Positions 9,548 to 18,421 of a stretch of DNA of 64,000 bases are shown one piece after another. The notes beneath the pieces are model-generated. The model saw nothing but the letters and a program-made list of their open reading frames with translations. It did not search any database and was not told the DNA's origin. A program made the translations under genes and the position numbers. Each line of letters begins with the position of its first letter. Position 1 is the stretch's first letter. This DNA is from an uncultured Gemmatimonadota bacterium. Lineage in GTDB: Bacteria; JAAXHH01. The stretch is from NCBI GenBank assembly GCA_951812955.1, contig OX638340.1, positions 2,560,001 to 2,624,000 on the forward strand, read 5' to 3'.

Positions 9548-10582
9548 ATGGACGAACGGGACTACCCGTTGTCCGACCCGGACCGGTTCGACGAGGATAA
9601 CGAGTTCGACCGCGTGCTGCGGCCGGGCCGTTTCGATGAATTCCCCGGCCAGGAAAAGGCCAAGGCGGAGCTGCAGCTGTATATCGAGGCAGCGAAGACC
9701 CGCGGAGAGAACCACATCGACCACGTGTTGCTCCACGGACCGCCCGGATTGGGCAAGACTACGCTGGCCACCATTCTCGCCAACGAAATGGGCGTGGAGA
9801 TCCGTCAGACCGCCGGGCCCGTGCTGGACAAACCGGCCGACCTGGCGGGCCTGTTGACCAACCTGCAGCCGGGAGACGTGTTCTTCATCGACGAGATCCA
9901 CCGCCTGAACCACGTGGTGGAGGAACACATGTACGCCGCCATGGAGGACTTCAAGATCGACATCCTGGTCGACCGGGGGCCGAGCGCCCGTTCGCTCTCC
10001 CTTAACCTGGATCACTTCACGCTGGTAGGCGCGACGACGCGCACGGGCCTGCTTACGGCGCCGCTCCTGGCGCGTTTCGGCATCCCCATCCGCCTCGATT
10101 TCTACACGCCGGAAGAACTCTTCCTGATCGTAACGCGGGCGGCCGAAATCATTGGCGTGGAGACCGATAAAGGCGGGGCGATGGAGATCGCCCGGCGGTC
10201 ACGGGGTACGCCCCGAATCGCCAACCGGTACCTGAAGCGGGTGCGGGACTACGCCCAGGTCAAGCGCGACGGCCGTATTACCGGGGAGACCGCGACGGCC
10301 GCGTTCGACATGCTGGGCGTGGATCACATGGGTCTGGACGACATGAACCGCCTGATCCTCACGGCCATCATCGAGAAGTACGAGGGCGGTCCCGTGGGCC
10401 TGAACACGCTGGCCGTGGCCGTAGGTGAGGAGAGCGGGACGCTCGAGGAAGTATACGAGCCATATCTCATCGTCCAGGGCCTGATCAAGCGCACGCCCCG
10501 GGGCAGGGTGGCCACCGAGCTGGCATACGGGCACCTGGGATTCGACGCGAACAAGAGGCCGCGGCCCGGACTGTTCGACTGA
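9548..10582 (+). CDS. ruvB: Holliday junction branch migration DNA helicase RuvB
   Basis: 344 aa. Walker [15 protein letters not shown], Walker [11 protein letters not shown], sensor [18 protein letters not shown]. Confidence 0.95.
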   Translation: MDERDYPLSDPDRFDEDNEFDRVLRPGRFDEFPGQEKAKAELQLYIEAAKTRGENHIDHVLLHGPPGLGKTTLATILANEMGVEIRQTAGPVLDKPADLAGLLTNLQPGDVFFIDEIHRLNHVVEEHMYAAMEDFKIDILVDRGPSARSLSLNLDHFTLVGATTRTGLLTAPLLARFGIPIRLDFYTPEELFLIVTRAAEIIGVETDKGGAMEIARRSRGTPRIANRYLKRVRDYAQVKRDGRITGETATAAFDMLGVDHMGLDDMNRLILTAIIEKYEGGPVGLNTLAVAVGEESGTLEEVYEPYLIVQGLIKRTPRGRVATELAYGHLGFDANKRPRPGLFD

Positions 10583-10709
10583 CGGCCTGCAGGCTTGCTA
10601 CCGGCGCGGCCGGCGGTCCCCTTAGCCAGCGCGGTCGGCGCAGCGCTTCAGTTTCGTCGCCCGCTCGGCACGGCGGACCCTGAATCCCACTCGGCCGGCG
10701 CGAAAGATC

Positions 10710-11921
10710 TTGCGAGCATCCGTGAATCTAGCCGCATACGATTTTAACCTGCCGGAAGACCTGATCGCCCAGCATCCGGCCGAACACCGCGACGCGTCCC
10801 GATTGATGGTGGTGCACAGGCGCGGCGGTATGATCGAACACCGAGCATTCCGGGACATTGTAGAATACCTGGCCCCGGCCGACGCGCTGGTGCTCAACCG
10901 GACGAAAGTGATGCCGGCGAGGCTGCTGGGGACGCGGCCGGAGACCGGCGGAAAGGTCGAAGTCGTGCTGGTCCGCCAGGTCCGCGAGTCCGCGCCCGCC
11001 CTCTGGGAAGCCCTGCTGAAGCCCGGCGCCCGGCTCGCGAGAGGGACGCGCTTGGATCTGGAGGGCGGCGTACTTACTGCCACGGTGGAGGACGACCCCG
11101 GTCCGGACATACGCCATGTTCGATTCGGCGGGAACGAGGACGTTACGCGGGTCATAGAGCAGGTTGGCCGCACGCCGCTGCCCCCCTACATACGCCGTTC
11201 GCCGGACGCGACCGACAGGGATCGGTACCAGACGGTCTACGCGGAGGAATACGGCGCCGTGGCCGCTCCCACGGCCGGGCTGCACTTCACGGCCCCCCTG
11301 CTGGACCGCATCCGGTCGCGGGGAACGGCCGTGGTGCCGATCCTGCTCCACGTCGGGCCGGGTACGTTCCAGCCGATCCGCTCTGCCGCCGTGGAAGACC
11401 ACGAAATGGACGCGGAATACTACCGTATGGAGGCGCACGAAGCGGAAGCGATCCTGAAAAAGCGTGGCGAGGGCCGCGTGGTCGCCGTGGGAACCACGGT
11501 CGTGCGCGCCCTGGAAACGATCGCGGCCGGGTCCTCCGCCGTCGACGCAGGATCCGGGCCCGATAGAGCATCCGCGGACGCAGGATCAGGGCCCGATAGA
11601 GCATCCGCGGCCGGTGGCGCGTCCGAAGGCGGAGGTGGGTTCGGCCCAGGCGGTCCACGCGATCCAGGCGGTCCAGGCGACCCAGGCGGACATGGACTCG
11701 TTCCGCGCCGGTACGAGGGGCGCACCCGGTGTTTCATCTATCCCCCCTACAATTTCCGGCTGGTCGACGCGCTGCTGACTAATTTCCATCTGCCGAAGTC
11801 GACGCTCCTCTTGCTGGTCAGCGCCTTCGCCGGAAGGGAACGGATCCTTTCCGCTTACGAGGAGGCGGTCAGGGAGAAATACCGGTTCTACAGCTATGGC
11901 GACGCCATGCTGATCGTATGA
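10710..11921 (+). CDS. queA: tRNA preQ1(34) S-adenosylmethionine ribosyltransferase-isomerase
   Basis: 403 aa. DFNLPEDLIAQHPA, LPPYIRR, GAVAAPTAGLHFT, TNFHLPKSTLLLLVSAFAG. An alternative GTG start lies at 10722. Carries a ~45-aa low-complexity insert. Confidence 0.9.
   Translation: MRASVNLAAYDFNLPEDLIAQHPAEHRDASRLMVVHRRGGMIEHRAFRDIVEYLAPADALVLNRTKVMPARLLGTRPETGGKVEVVLVRQVRESAPALWEALLKPGARLARGTRLDLEGGVLTATVEDDPGPDIRHVRFGGNEDVTRVIEQVGRTPLPPYIRRSPDATDRDRYQTVYAEEYGAVAAPTAGLHFTAPLLDRIRSRGTAVVPILLHVGPGTFQPIRSAAVEDHEMDAEYYRMEAHEAEAILKKRGEGRVVAVGTTVVRALETIAAGSSAVDAGSGPDRASADAGSGPDRASAAGGASEGGGGFGPGGPRDPGGPGDPGGHGLVPRRYEGRTRCFIYPPYNFRLVDALLTNFHLPKSTLLLLVSAFAGRERILSAYEEAVREKYRFYSYGDAMLIV
11544..11609. 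repeat. in-frame 33-nt tandem duplication inside queA (GACGCAGGATC[C/A]GGGCCCGATAGAGCATCCGCG x2) encoding DAGSGPDRASA x2
   Basis: Read directly. Copies at 11544-11576 and 11577-11609 with one mismatch. Confidence 0.95.
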
Positions 11922-12661
11922 GGAGGACAAAGGCCGTGAAATCCGCTATGGGCATCATCCCCGCGGCCGGTCTCGGCCAGCGTATGCGGTCGGATGAGGA
12001 GAAACCATACATCACGATCGGCGGAAGGTCGATCCTGGCCCACACCCTTTCGGCCTTCGAGGCGTGTCAGGCCGTGGAGGGTTACGTGCTGGTGGTAGAG
12101 CCGTCGCGCGTGCAATTCTGCAAGGCGCAGCTGACCGGGCCGTTCGGGCCGTCCGAGCCGTCCGGTCCGGGTGTTGCATATCCGAAGCTTGCCAAAGTGG
12201 TCGCCGGTGGAAGCACGCGCCAGGAGTCTGTATACCGCGGCCTGATGGCCCTGGACGACGAGACCGGGTACGTGCTGGTCCATGACGCGGCGCGCCCCTG
12301 CGTCGAGCCCGGCGCGCTCGAAGCTTCCGTCCTCGGTTGCGCCAGGCACGGCGCCGTGATCGCGGCCACCCCGTCGACGGATACGATGAAGATCATCCGC
12401 GACGGCGTGGTCGAGGCGACACCGGACCGATCGACGATCTGGCGGGCGCAGACGCCCCAGACGTTCGCGTACGGGATGCTCCGGACGGCACACGAACGGG
12501 CGCGGGAACAGGGATACGTCGGGACCGACGACGCCGAACTGGTGGAACGGGCCGGTTACGTGGTTCGGGTCCTGGAAGGCGCCCCAGACAACATCAAGGT
12601 GACCACGGCCGAGGACCTGGAAACCGCGGAGCGCATCTTGCGGCGGCAGGGGCGGATCTGA
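11918..12661 (+). CDS. ispD: 2-C-methyl-D-erythritol 4-phosphate cytidylyltransferase
   Basis: 247-aa ORF. GIIPAAGLGQRM P-loop-like motif, VLVHDAARP, TDDA. The true start is probably GTG 11936 or ATG 11948. Confidence 0.85.
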   Translation: MRRTKAVKSAMGIIPAAGLGQRMRSDEEKPYITIGGRSILAHTLSAFEACQAVEGYVLVVEPSRVQFCKAQLTGPFGPSEPSGPGVAYPKLAKVVAGGSTRQESVYRGLMALDDETGYVLVHDAARPCVEPGALEASVLGCARHGAVIAATPSTDTMKIIRDGVVEATPDRSTIWRAQTPQTFAYGMLRTAHERAREQGYVGTDDAELVERAGYVVRVLEGAPDNIKVTTAEDLETAERILRRQGRI

Positions 12662-12702
12662 CAGCGGATTAACCTGAGATTACATCATGAGGCTTTCTTG
12701 CC

Positions 12703-13194
12703 ATGGATGACATACGCGTAGGAACCGGCTACGACGTGCACGCCTTCGCGGACGACAGGCCCTGTGTACTGGGCGGCGTGACCGTTCCCCACGAACGCGG
12801 GCTGCAGGGCCACTCGGACGCGGACGTGCTTTCGCACGCCATCGGCGACGCCCTCCTGGGCGCAGCCGCGCTGGGCGATATCGGGATTCACTTCCCCGAT
12901 AACGAGTCCCGTTACCGTGGGATTTCCAGTCTCGTCCTGCTCCAACGGATTGTTGACGCACTGGGCGAATCCGGTTATACTGTATCGAATGTGGACGCCA
13001 CCGTCGTCGCGGAACGTCCGAAACTGTCGCCATTCGTGCCGCTGATGCGCCGCCGGATCGGCAAAGCCCTCGGACTGCCGGAAGACCGCGTGTCGATCAA
13101 GGCCACAACTTCAGAAAGACTCGGATTCACGGGACGGGAAGAAGGCATCGCGGCCCATGCCGTGGTATTGATCCGTTCCGATGGCGGCGGGTGA
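12703..13194 (+). CDS. ispF: 2-C-methyl-D-erythritol 2,4-cyclodiphosphate synthase
   Basis: 163 aa. IRVGTGYDVHAF, GHSDADVLSHAIGDALLGAAALGDIG, ERPKL. Confidence 0.92.
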   Translation: MDDIRVGTGYDVHAFADDRPCVLGGVTVPHERGLQGHSDADVLSHAIGDALLGAAALGDIGIHFPDNESRYRGISSLVLLQRIVDALGESGYTVSNVDATVVAERPKLSPFVPLMRRRIGKALGLPEDRVSIKATTSERLGFTGREEGIAAHAVVLIRSDGGG

Positions 13195-13249
13195 GTTACG
13201 TTCCCGCGCGCGCACCGATTCTGCTTATGCGCGTCGTAGTGGGGTATTT

Positions 13250-14053
13250 ATGGGCAAGGTCATTTCGATCGCGAATCAGAAGGGCGGGGTGGGCAAGACG
13301 ACCACGTCCGTCAACCTGTCGGCCTGCCTTGGCGTCGCTGAGAAGAAGACGCTGCTGATCGACCTGGATCCGCAGTCGAACGCCACGTCGGGACTCGGCC
13401 TGCAGGACCGCACGCTGGACGTGACGATATACGAAGTCCTGCTGGACGAACGCAACATCGAGGAAGCCGTTCAGCAGACCGAGATCCCCGCGCTTCACGC
13501 AGTTCCGGCCCATCGGCGGCTGGTGGGCGCCGAAATCGAACTGGTATCGGCCATCGCCCGGGAACGGAAACTGGAAGAGGCAATCAAGCCCATACGCGAC
13601 GAGTACGATTACATCCTGATCGACTGCCCGCCTTCCCTGAGCCTGCTCACCCTGAACGCCCTCACGGCGGCCGACTCGGTGTTGATTCCCATACAGTGCG
13701 AGTATTATGCCCTCGAGGGACTCGGGCAACTGCTCAGTTCGATCCGGAAGATCCAGAAGCATCTGAACCGCAGCCTGAAGATTGAAGGCATCCTCCTGAC
13801 GATGTACGACAAGCGGCTCAATCTCACGAGACAGATCGAGGTGGAAGCCAAACAGTATTTCGCGGACAAAGTCTATCAGACTACCATCCCGAGAAACGTT
13901 CGTCTGAGCGAAGCGCCGAGCTTCGGCAGTCCGATCATACTGTATGATATTCTCTCGTCGGGAGCGGAAAGCTATATGAATCTAGCCAGAGAGGTAATTG
14001 CCAATGGCAGCCAGGAAAGTGCTGGGACGGGGGCTCGAAGCGCTGATTCCTGA
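13250..14053 (+). CDS. parA: chromosome partitioning ATPase ParA/Soj
   Basis: In-frame ATG inside ORF 13181-14053. MGKVISIANQKGGVGKTTTSVNLSA deviant Walker A, YILIDCPPSL. Confidence 0.9.
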   Translation: MGKVISIANQKGGVGKTTTSVNLSACLGVAEKKTLLIDLDPQSNATSGLGLQDRTLDVTIYEVLLDERNIEEAVQQTEIPALHAVPAHRRLVGAEIELVSAIARERKLEEAIKPIRDEYDYILIDCPPSLSLLTLNALTAADSVLIPIQCEYYALEGLGQLLSSIRKIQKHLNRSLKIEGILLTMYDKRLNLTRQIEVEAKQYFADKVYQTTIPRNVRLSEAPSFGSPIILYDILSSGAESYMNLAREVIANGSQESAGTGARSADS

Positions 14054-14864
14054 TCTTCCGGAAGATCAGGAAGACCGGCAAAGCGTGCTCCAGGTGCCGA
14101 TAGACCGGATTTCGGCCAATCCCTACCAACCACGGCAGTCGTTCGACCAGGCCAGGCTCGATGAACTGGCCCGGTCCATCCTCGAAAAGGGCGTTATTCA
14201 GCCGATCGCCGTCCGAAGGAAAAACGAAAAGGATGAATACGAACTGATCGCCGGGGAGCGAAGGCTCCGGGCCGCCCGTCAAACAGGCTACCAGACCATA
14301 CCGGCCATCGTCATGGCGGTTTCATCCCCCGAAGAAATGATGGAACTGTCGCTGATCGAGAACATCCAGCGGGACGATCTGAATCCGATCCACGAAGCCC
14401 GTGCATACCTTCGGTTGCAGGAAGAATGCCACCTCACGCAGGAAGAGGTCGCAACCCGCGTGGGAAAAAACAGGACGACGGTAGCCAACACGCTCCGGCT
14501 GTTGAAACTGCCGGCCGAAGTCCAGAAGTGCCTCCTGGCAGATGAGATCACCATGGGCCACGCGCGAGCGCTGCTCGGACTCGAAAACCGCGCGGAACAG
14601 GCCGATTTGTCCAAACAGATCGTAAAGAAGGGCCTGTCGGTGCGCAAAGTGGAAGAACTCGTGAAGAAACGCTACCAGGAGAAGCGGGAAAGCGCGCCGG
14701 CACACAAGCCTCACGACCTCTCGGCCGCCGAGACCATCATGCAGCGCATACTGGGAACGAAGGTGAACATCAACCGCAGGCAGCACAAGGGGAAGATCGA
14801 AATCGAGTTCTATTCCACCGATGACCTGAACCGCATCCTCGAACTGCTGAAAGTCCGGCTGTGA
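13998..14864 (+). CDS. parB: chromosome partitioning protein ParB/Spo0J
   Basis: 288 aa. LGRGLEALIP, NPYQPRQSFD, IQPIAVRR, LIAGERRLRAA, HTH LTQEEVATRVGKNRTTVANTLRLLKL. Start is TTG 13998 or ATG 14004. Confidence 0.9.
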   Translation: MPMAARKVLGRGLEALIPDLPEDQEDRQSVLQVPIDRISANPYQPRQSFDQARLDELARSILEKGVIQPIAVRRKNEKDEYELIAGERRLRAARQTGYQTIPAIVMAVSSPEEMMELSLIENIQRDDLNPIHEARAYLRLQEECHLTQEEVATRVGKNRTTVANTLRLLKLPAEVQKCLLADEITMGHARALLGLENRAEQADLSKQIVKKGLSVRKVEELVKKRYQEKRESAPAHKPHDLSAAETIMQRILGTKVNINRRQHKGKIEIEFYSTDDLNRILELLKVRL

Positions 14865-14927
14865 AGCCCGCCGAACCCCGTACACGTCCCTCGCCCGTCC
14901 AACCCCCGTTATTTTAACCGATATCCT

Positions 14928-14955
14928 TTGACATTTCGGCCCGGCGGCCTATATT
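14928..14955 (+). promoter_or_regulatory. near-consensus sigma70-type promoter (TTGACA - 16 nt - TATATT)
   Basis: TTGACA at 14928-14933 and TATATT at 14950-14955, in the 121-nt parB/M23 spacer. This is the best -35/-10 match I saw in the window. No experimental support. Confidence 0.5.
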
Positions 14956-14971
14956 TATGCCGTCGCGCCGA

Positions 14972-14994
14972 TTCCGTCACGAGACGTGACGGAA
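14972..14994. promoter_or_regulatory. perfect 10-bp inverted repeat TTCCGTCACG-AGA-CGTGACGGAA (operator or 5'-leader hairpin candidate)
   Basis: Read directly. Lies about 17 nt downstream of the putative -10 and overlaps the GTG (14986) called as the M23 start. Confidence 0.5.
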
Positions 14995-15891
14995 CAAGGA
15001 CGGATGTACGAATCCGGGGTGGTATCGGTCATGCCCAGAATGCACTGGATGTCACTGGTTTTCGTCTCTGACCGATCGGGCCGGGCGCACGAGTTGCGCA
15101 TGCCGAGGTTCCTGTTTGTCGCACTCGTCTCGATGTTGGGACTCGGCTTGCTCGCGCCGGTGGTTGCCCTGGTCCTCCCGGCGGGTATAGCCGAGGTTTC
15201 TTTCGGCCAAACCTGGAAAACACAGATAAAGTCGGTAGAGGAAAAGTCCATGGAGCTGACCCGGCAACTGGAGGAACTGAAGGACACCGCCAGGTCGATA
15301 CGCAGGCTGGCGGGCGTCGAGCGGTTCGATTCCGAATCCCCGGTACGCGTGGACGATGAAAACGGCCTCCTGTCCGCCAACCGGGACGGGTTGCCTTTTC
15401 TGACGGACGACGGCCTTCCGGCGAGGGTGGAAGCCGCCGCCGGGGAAAGCGCGGCGCTGTTACGATACGTGCCGTCCATATGGCCGGTCGCCGGCTGGGT
15501 GACGCGGGAGTACGAACATGGGGACGATCCCATCACCGGGACTCATTTCGGCCTGGACGTCGCCGCCCGTGAAAGCGCGCCGGTCAGGTCCGCCGCCGAT
15601 GGGACCGTGACCTTCGCGGACTGGGATCAGAACCTGGGCTGGCTGGTCGAGATAGACCACGGATACGATATGTCGACGCGTTACGGTCACAACGCCATGC
15701 TGCGGGTCGACCGCGGACAGACGGTCCGTCGCGGGCAGATCGTCGCCCTGGTCGGGAATACGGGCCGCAGCACGGCGCCGCATCTGCATTACGAGGTCTG
15801 GAAAGACGGCGTCCCCGTCGATCCTCGCGGCTACCTGCCCGAGGTCATCCACTGGGATGATCTGCTGTTGAGCCTGCGAACGCAGCGCTGA
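14986..15891 (+). CDS. M23/LytM-family metallopeptidase (membrane-anchored)
   Basis: 301 aa. N-terminal TM FLFVALVSMLGLGLLAPVVALVL, coiled region, M23 core HFGLDVAA...GTVTFADWDQNLGWLVEIDHG...GNTGRSTAPHLHYEVW. The start could be ATG 15004 or later. Confidence 0.85.
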   Translation: MTEQGRMYESGVVSVMPRMHWMSLVFVSDRSGRAHELRMPRFLFVALVSMLGLGLLAPVVALVLPAGIAEVSFGQTWKTQIKSVEEKSMELTRQLEELKDTARSIRRLAGVERFDSESPVRVDDENGLLSANRDGLPFLTDDGLPARVEAAAGESAALLRYVPSIWPVAGWVTREYEHGDDPITGTHFGLDVAARESAPVRSAADGTVTFADWDQNLGWLVEIDHGYDMSTRYGHNAMLRVDRGQTVRRGQIVALVGNTGRSTAPHLHYEVWKDGVPVDPRGYLPEVIHWDDLLLSLRTQR

Positions 15892-15892
15892 C

Positions 15893-16300
15893 ATGTTCGG
15901 ATCATCAGGTGCAGGACGTTTTCGGGAGCTCGGTATGACGATCATCGCCAAGGGCACTGAACTGAACGGATCGGTGGACGTTGAAGGCAATATCCGGGTA
16001 GACGGCACCGTGAACGGCGATGTCAAAGCCACCGACGGTGTAGAGGTCGGAAAGTCCGGCCGGATCGTAGGGTCGTCCATTGAGTCCAAGACGGCGGTCA
16101 TTCATGGTTACGTGGAGAGTCAGCTTATTGTATCGCAACACGTACTCCTGGGCGGCAAATCCATTCTGGTCGGTGACTTGAAGACCAAGTCCCTCGTCAT
16201 CGAAGAAGGGGCTGTCTTCCACGGGAATTCGTCCATGTCCGAAGAATACGCCGGAACGGACCGTGTGATGGGCGGAGACGACCGTACGGATGGGGCTTAA
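15893..16300 (+). CDS. bactofilin (polymer-forming cytoskeletal protein)
   Basis: 135 aa. Typical bactofilin beta-helix repeats TIIAKGTELNGSVDVEGNIRVDGTVNGDVKATDGVEVGKSGRIVGSSIESKTAVIHGYVES...LVIEEGAVFHGNSSM. Starts 2 nt after the M23 stop. Confidence 0.85.
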   Translation: MFGSSGAGRFRELGMTIIAKGTELNGSVDVEGNIRVDGTVNGDVKATDGVEVGKSGRIVGSSIESKTAVIHGYVESQLIVSQHVLLGGKSILVGDLKTKSLVIEEGAVFHGNSSMSEEYAGTDRVMGGDDRTDGA

Positions 16301-16339
16301 AACCCGAACGAGCGTTGATTGAGCGTTGACTGATGGTAT

Positions 16340-16609
16340 ATGGCACGGGATACGCAGGGCAAATGGCAGTACATGAGGGAAGCCGGAGAGCTTGCCGTAA
16401 TCGGCCTGACCCTGGTTTTCGCCACGGCGATAGGATACTTTCTGGGTCACCAAGTCGAACTGGCCTGGCCTGAGTGGAATCCCTGGGGCGGCGTCGTCGG
16501 CGCCATGCTCGGCGTCGTGGCCGGGTTCCTGGAAATGGCGAGGACGCTGAAACGTCTGAACAGAAAGCTGGAAGCGGCGGAGCGGGAGAGCAATGGCACA
16601 AAGCACTGA
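16340..16609 (+). CDS. AtpZ/AtpI-family small membrane protein (F0F1 operon gene 1)
   Basis: 89 aa with two TM segments (ELAVIGLTLVFATAIGYFLG; GGVVGAMLGVVAGFL). Position immediately upstream of the atp genes. Confidence 0.6.
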   Translation: MARDTQGKWQYMREAGELAVIGLTLVFATAIGYFLGHQVELAWPEWNPWGGVVGAMLGVVAGFLEMARTLKRLNRKLEAAERESNGTKH

Positions 16610-17126
16610 GCGTGACGGCGAAACATTGATCGGCGGCATGTCGACGGCCGGAACGGCGACGGACGCGGAATCTCCGTCCGGAAACAACGATGAACCGTTG
16701 CGGCGGTTCCTGCCCCGAGTCTACCGGATAAGCGCCGTGCTGACCGTGGTCGGCACCATCGCGTCGCGCGTAGCGGGCGCGGACCTGCTTGCCGTCAATT
16801 TCTTCACCGGATCGTTTATCGGACTGTTGCTGCTGTATGTCACGGCCTGGCTGGTCCGCCGTTACATGACGCCCGTCGCGCACATCAAGCGGAACCGCAA
16901 CCGGTTGTTCCTGCTTCTGATGGCCAAGCTGCCGCTGCTGGGAATCGTGTTGTATTTCGTGACTTCGGGGGACTGGTTCCACCCGATCGGGTTTTTGATG
17001 GGTGTGTCCTTGACGCCATTCACGCTGACCCTGTGCGGATTGATCCTGCTCACGAGGCAGGGCTCGGGGGATGGGCGGCCCGACTGGACCGCCGTACTGG
17101 ACAAGACGAAGCGGTCGTACCGGTAA
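16593..17126 (+). CDS. membrane protein, possible ATP synthase subunit I (AtpI-like)
   Basis: 177 aa with 4 predicted TM segments. Overlaps the previous gene by 17 nt and ends 12 nt before atpB. Called from position and hydrophobicity only. Confidence 0.45.
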   Translation: MAQSTERDGETLIGGMSTAGTATDAESPSGNNDEPLRRFLPRVYRISAVLTVVGTIASRVAGADLLAVNFFTGSFIGLLLLYVTAWLVRRYMTPVAHIKRNRNRLFLLLMAKLPLLGIVLYFVTSGDWFHPIGFLMGVSLTPFTLTLCGLILLTRQGSGDGRPDWTAVLDKTKRSYR

Positions 17127-17138
17127 GGAGGTTTTCCT

Positions 17139-17951
17139 TTGACTACTCCGTGGTCGAGTGTCCTCTCTCTGAAGATGGCGTCGGAGGGAGGAAGCGGTGA
17201 AGCGCACTACTCGATACTACATGGGTTGTTTCTATTGCTGGGCCCGCTGGCCGAATGGATTCCCAGGCCGGTCAGGCAGCCGGATCTCCTGCTGAACACC
17301 CTGCTCGTCTTCGTAATCGTCCTCGTTCTCGTAACCATCGCGGTAAGAACGCTCAAGCGTATTCCCGAAGGCTCGATCCAGGCCCTTTTCGAAATGGCCG
17401 TCGAAGGGCTGACCGATTTCTTCCTCAATATCGTAGGGGAGCGCGGCAGGAAGTACATTCCCTTTTTCGCCTCCTTTTTCATCTACATCTGGTTCATGAA
17501 CATGCTGGGCGTCATACCCGGCATGCAGTCGCCCACCGCCGATCTGAACACCACGCTCGGATTCGCCCTCATCTCCGTCGTCGCGGCCCATCTCATCGGC
17601 CTGCGCGAGATAGGGATCAAGGCCTATCTCTGGCATTTCTGGGGTGAGCCCAGGTGGATGGGCGTGCTCATGTGCCCGCTCCATATAATCGGCGAGTTCG
17701 CCAAGGTCGTCTCGCTTTCGATACGGCTTTTCGGGAATGTGTTCGGGGAGGAAATGATCCTCCTCGTGCTGGCCGGCCTGTCCCCGGTGCTGCTTTTAGG
17801 CGCCCTGGAAGTGCCCTTCGTGCCGCTGCAGGTCCCGATGTTGATGTTCGCGGTGTTTTCCGGGACGATTCAGGCGATGATCTTCTCGGTGCTCAGCGCC
17901 GTGTACGTAGCCCAGTTCCTGGATCATGGTCACGGGGAAGAAGACCACTGA
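17139..17951 (+). CDS. atpB: F0F1 ATP synthase subunit a
   Basis: 270 aa. TTG start 6 nt after a strong SD (AAGGAGG). Conserved LSIRLFGNVFGEEMIL (essential Arg) and PLHIIGEFAKVVS. Confidence 0.9.
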   Translation: MTTPWSSVLSLKMASEGGSGEAHYSILHGLFLLLGPLAEWIPRPVRQPDLLLNTLLVFVIVLVLVTIAVRTLKRIPEGSIQALFEMAVEGLTDFFLNIVGERGRKYIPFFASFFIYIWFMNMLGVIPGMQSPTADLNTTLGFALISVVAAHLIGLREIGIKAYLWHFWGEPRWMGVLMCPLHIIGEFAKVVSLSIRLFGNVFGEEMILLVLAGLSPVLLLGALEVPFVPLQVPMLMFAVFSGTIQAMIFSVLSAVYVAQFLDHGHGEEDH

Positions 17952-17976
17952 CGTGCTGTAGGTGCGTATGCTGTGT

Positions 17977-18018
17977 AACGAGTTCAGAATGTTTCAAAAC
18001 GAGTTCAGAATGTTTCAA
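17977..18018. repeat. AT-rich 21-nt perfect tandem duplication AACGAGTTCAGAATGTTTCAA x2 in the atpB-atpE spacer
   Basis: Read directly. Copies at 17977-17997 and 17998-18018. Confidence 0.95.
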
Positions 18019-18073
18019 TATGACGTTATGATGCTGCTGTAATTCGTTCTCCATTCCGAAAGGAGTTTGCTTC

Positions 18074-18346
18074 ATGCTGTACTATATGGGTTTGGGACTA
18101 GGCGTGGCCCTTGCTGTTTCCGTCGCCGCCATCGGCGCCGGCGTTGGACAGGGTATCGCCACCGGTCTGGCCTGCCAGGGCATTTCCCGTCAGCCCGAAG
18201 CCGCCGGCCGCATTCAGCTGGTGATGATCATCGGCCTGGCGTTCATGGAATCGCTGGCTATCTACGGCCTGCTGGTTTTCTTCATGCTCCAGGGCCGGTT
18301 GCCTTCATTCGAGCAGGTCATGCAACTGACTCAGGTCGGACAGTAG
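18074..18346 (+). CDS. atpE: F0F1 ATP synthase subunit c
   Basis: 90 aa. SD AAAGGAG upstream. [11 protein letters not shown]...ISRQPEA loop, ion-binding helix [17 protein letters not shown]. Confidence 0.92.
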   Translation: MLYYMGLGLGVALAVSVAAIGAGVGQGIATGLACQGISRQPEAAGRIQLVMIIGLAFMESLAIYGLLVFFMLQGRLPSFEQVMQLTQVGQ

Positions 18347-18421
18347 GATGCAAACGGACTGCATGGCTTGCGGCGCGCGTCCATCCGGCGCGTGTTGCCG
18401 GCGTTCGAAGGAGCATAGCGC

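Noticed and set aside
14972-14994. The perfect palindrome downstream of parB, considered as a parS site.
   Set aside because: It does not match the parS consensus TGTTNCACGTGAAACA. It shares only a CACG/CGTG core, has an odd 3-nt spacer and has different outer arms. Treated as an operator or hairpin candidate instead. I did not spot a consensus parS anywhere in the window by eye.
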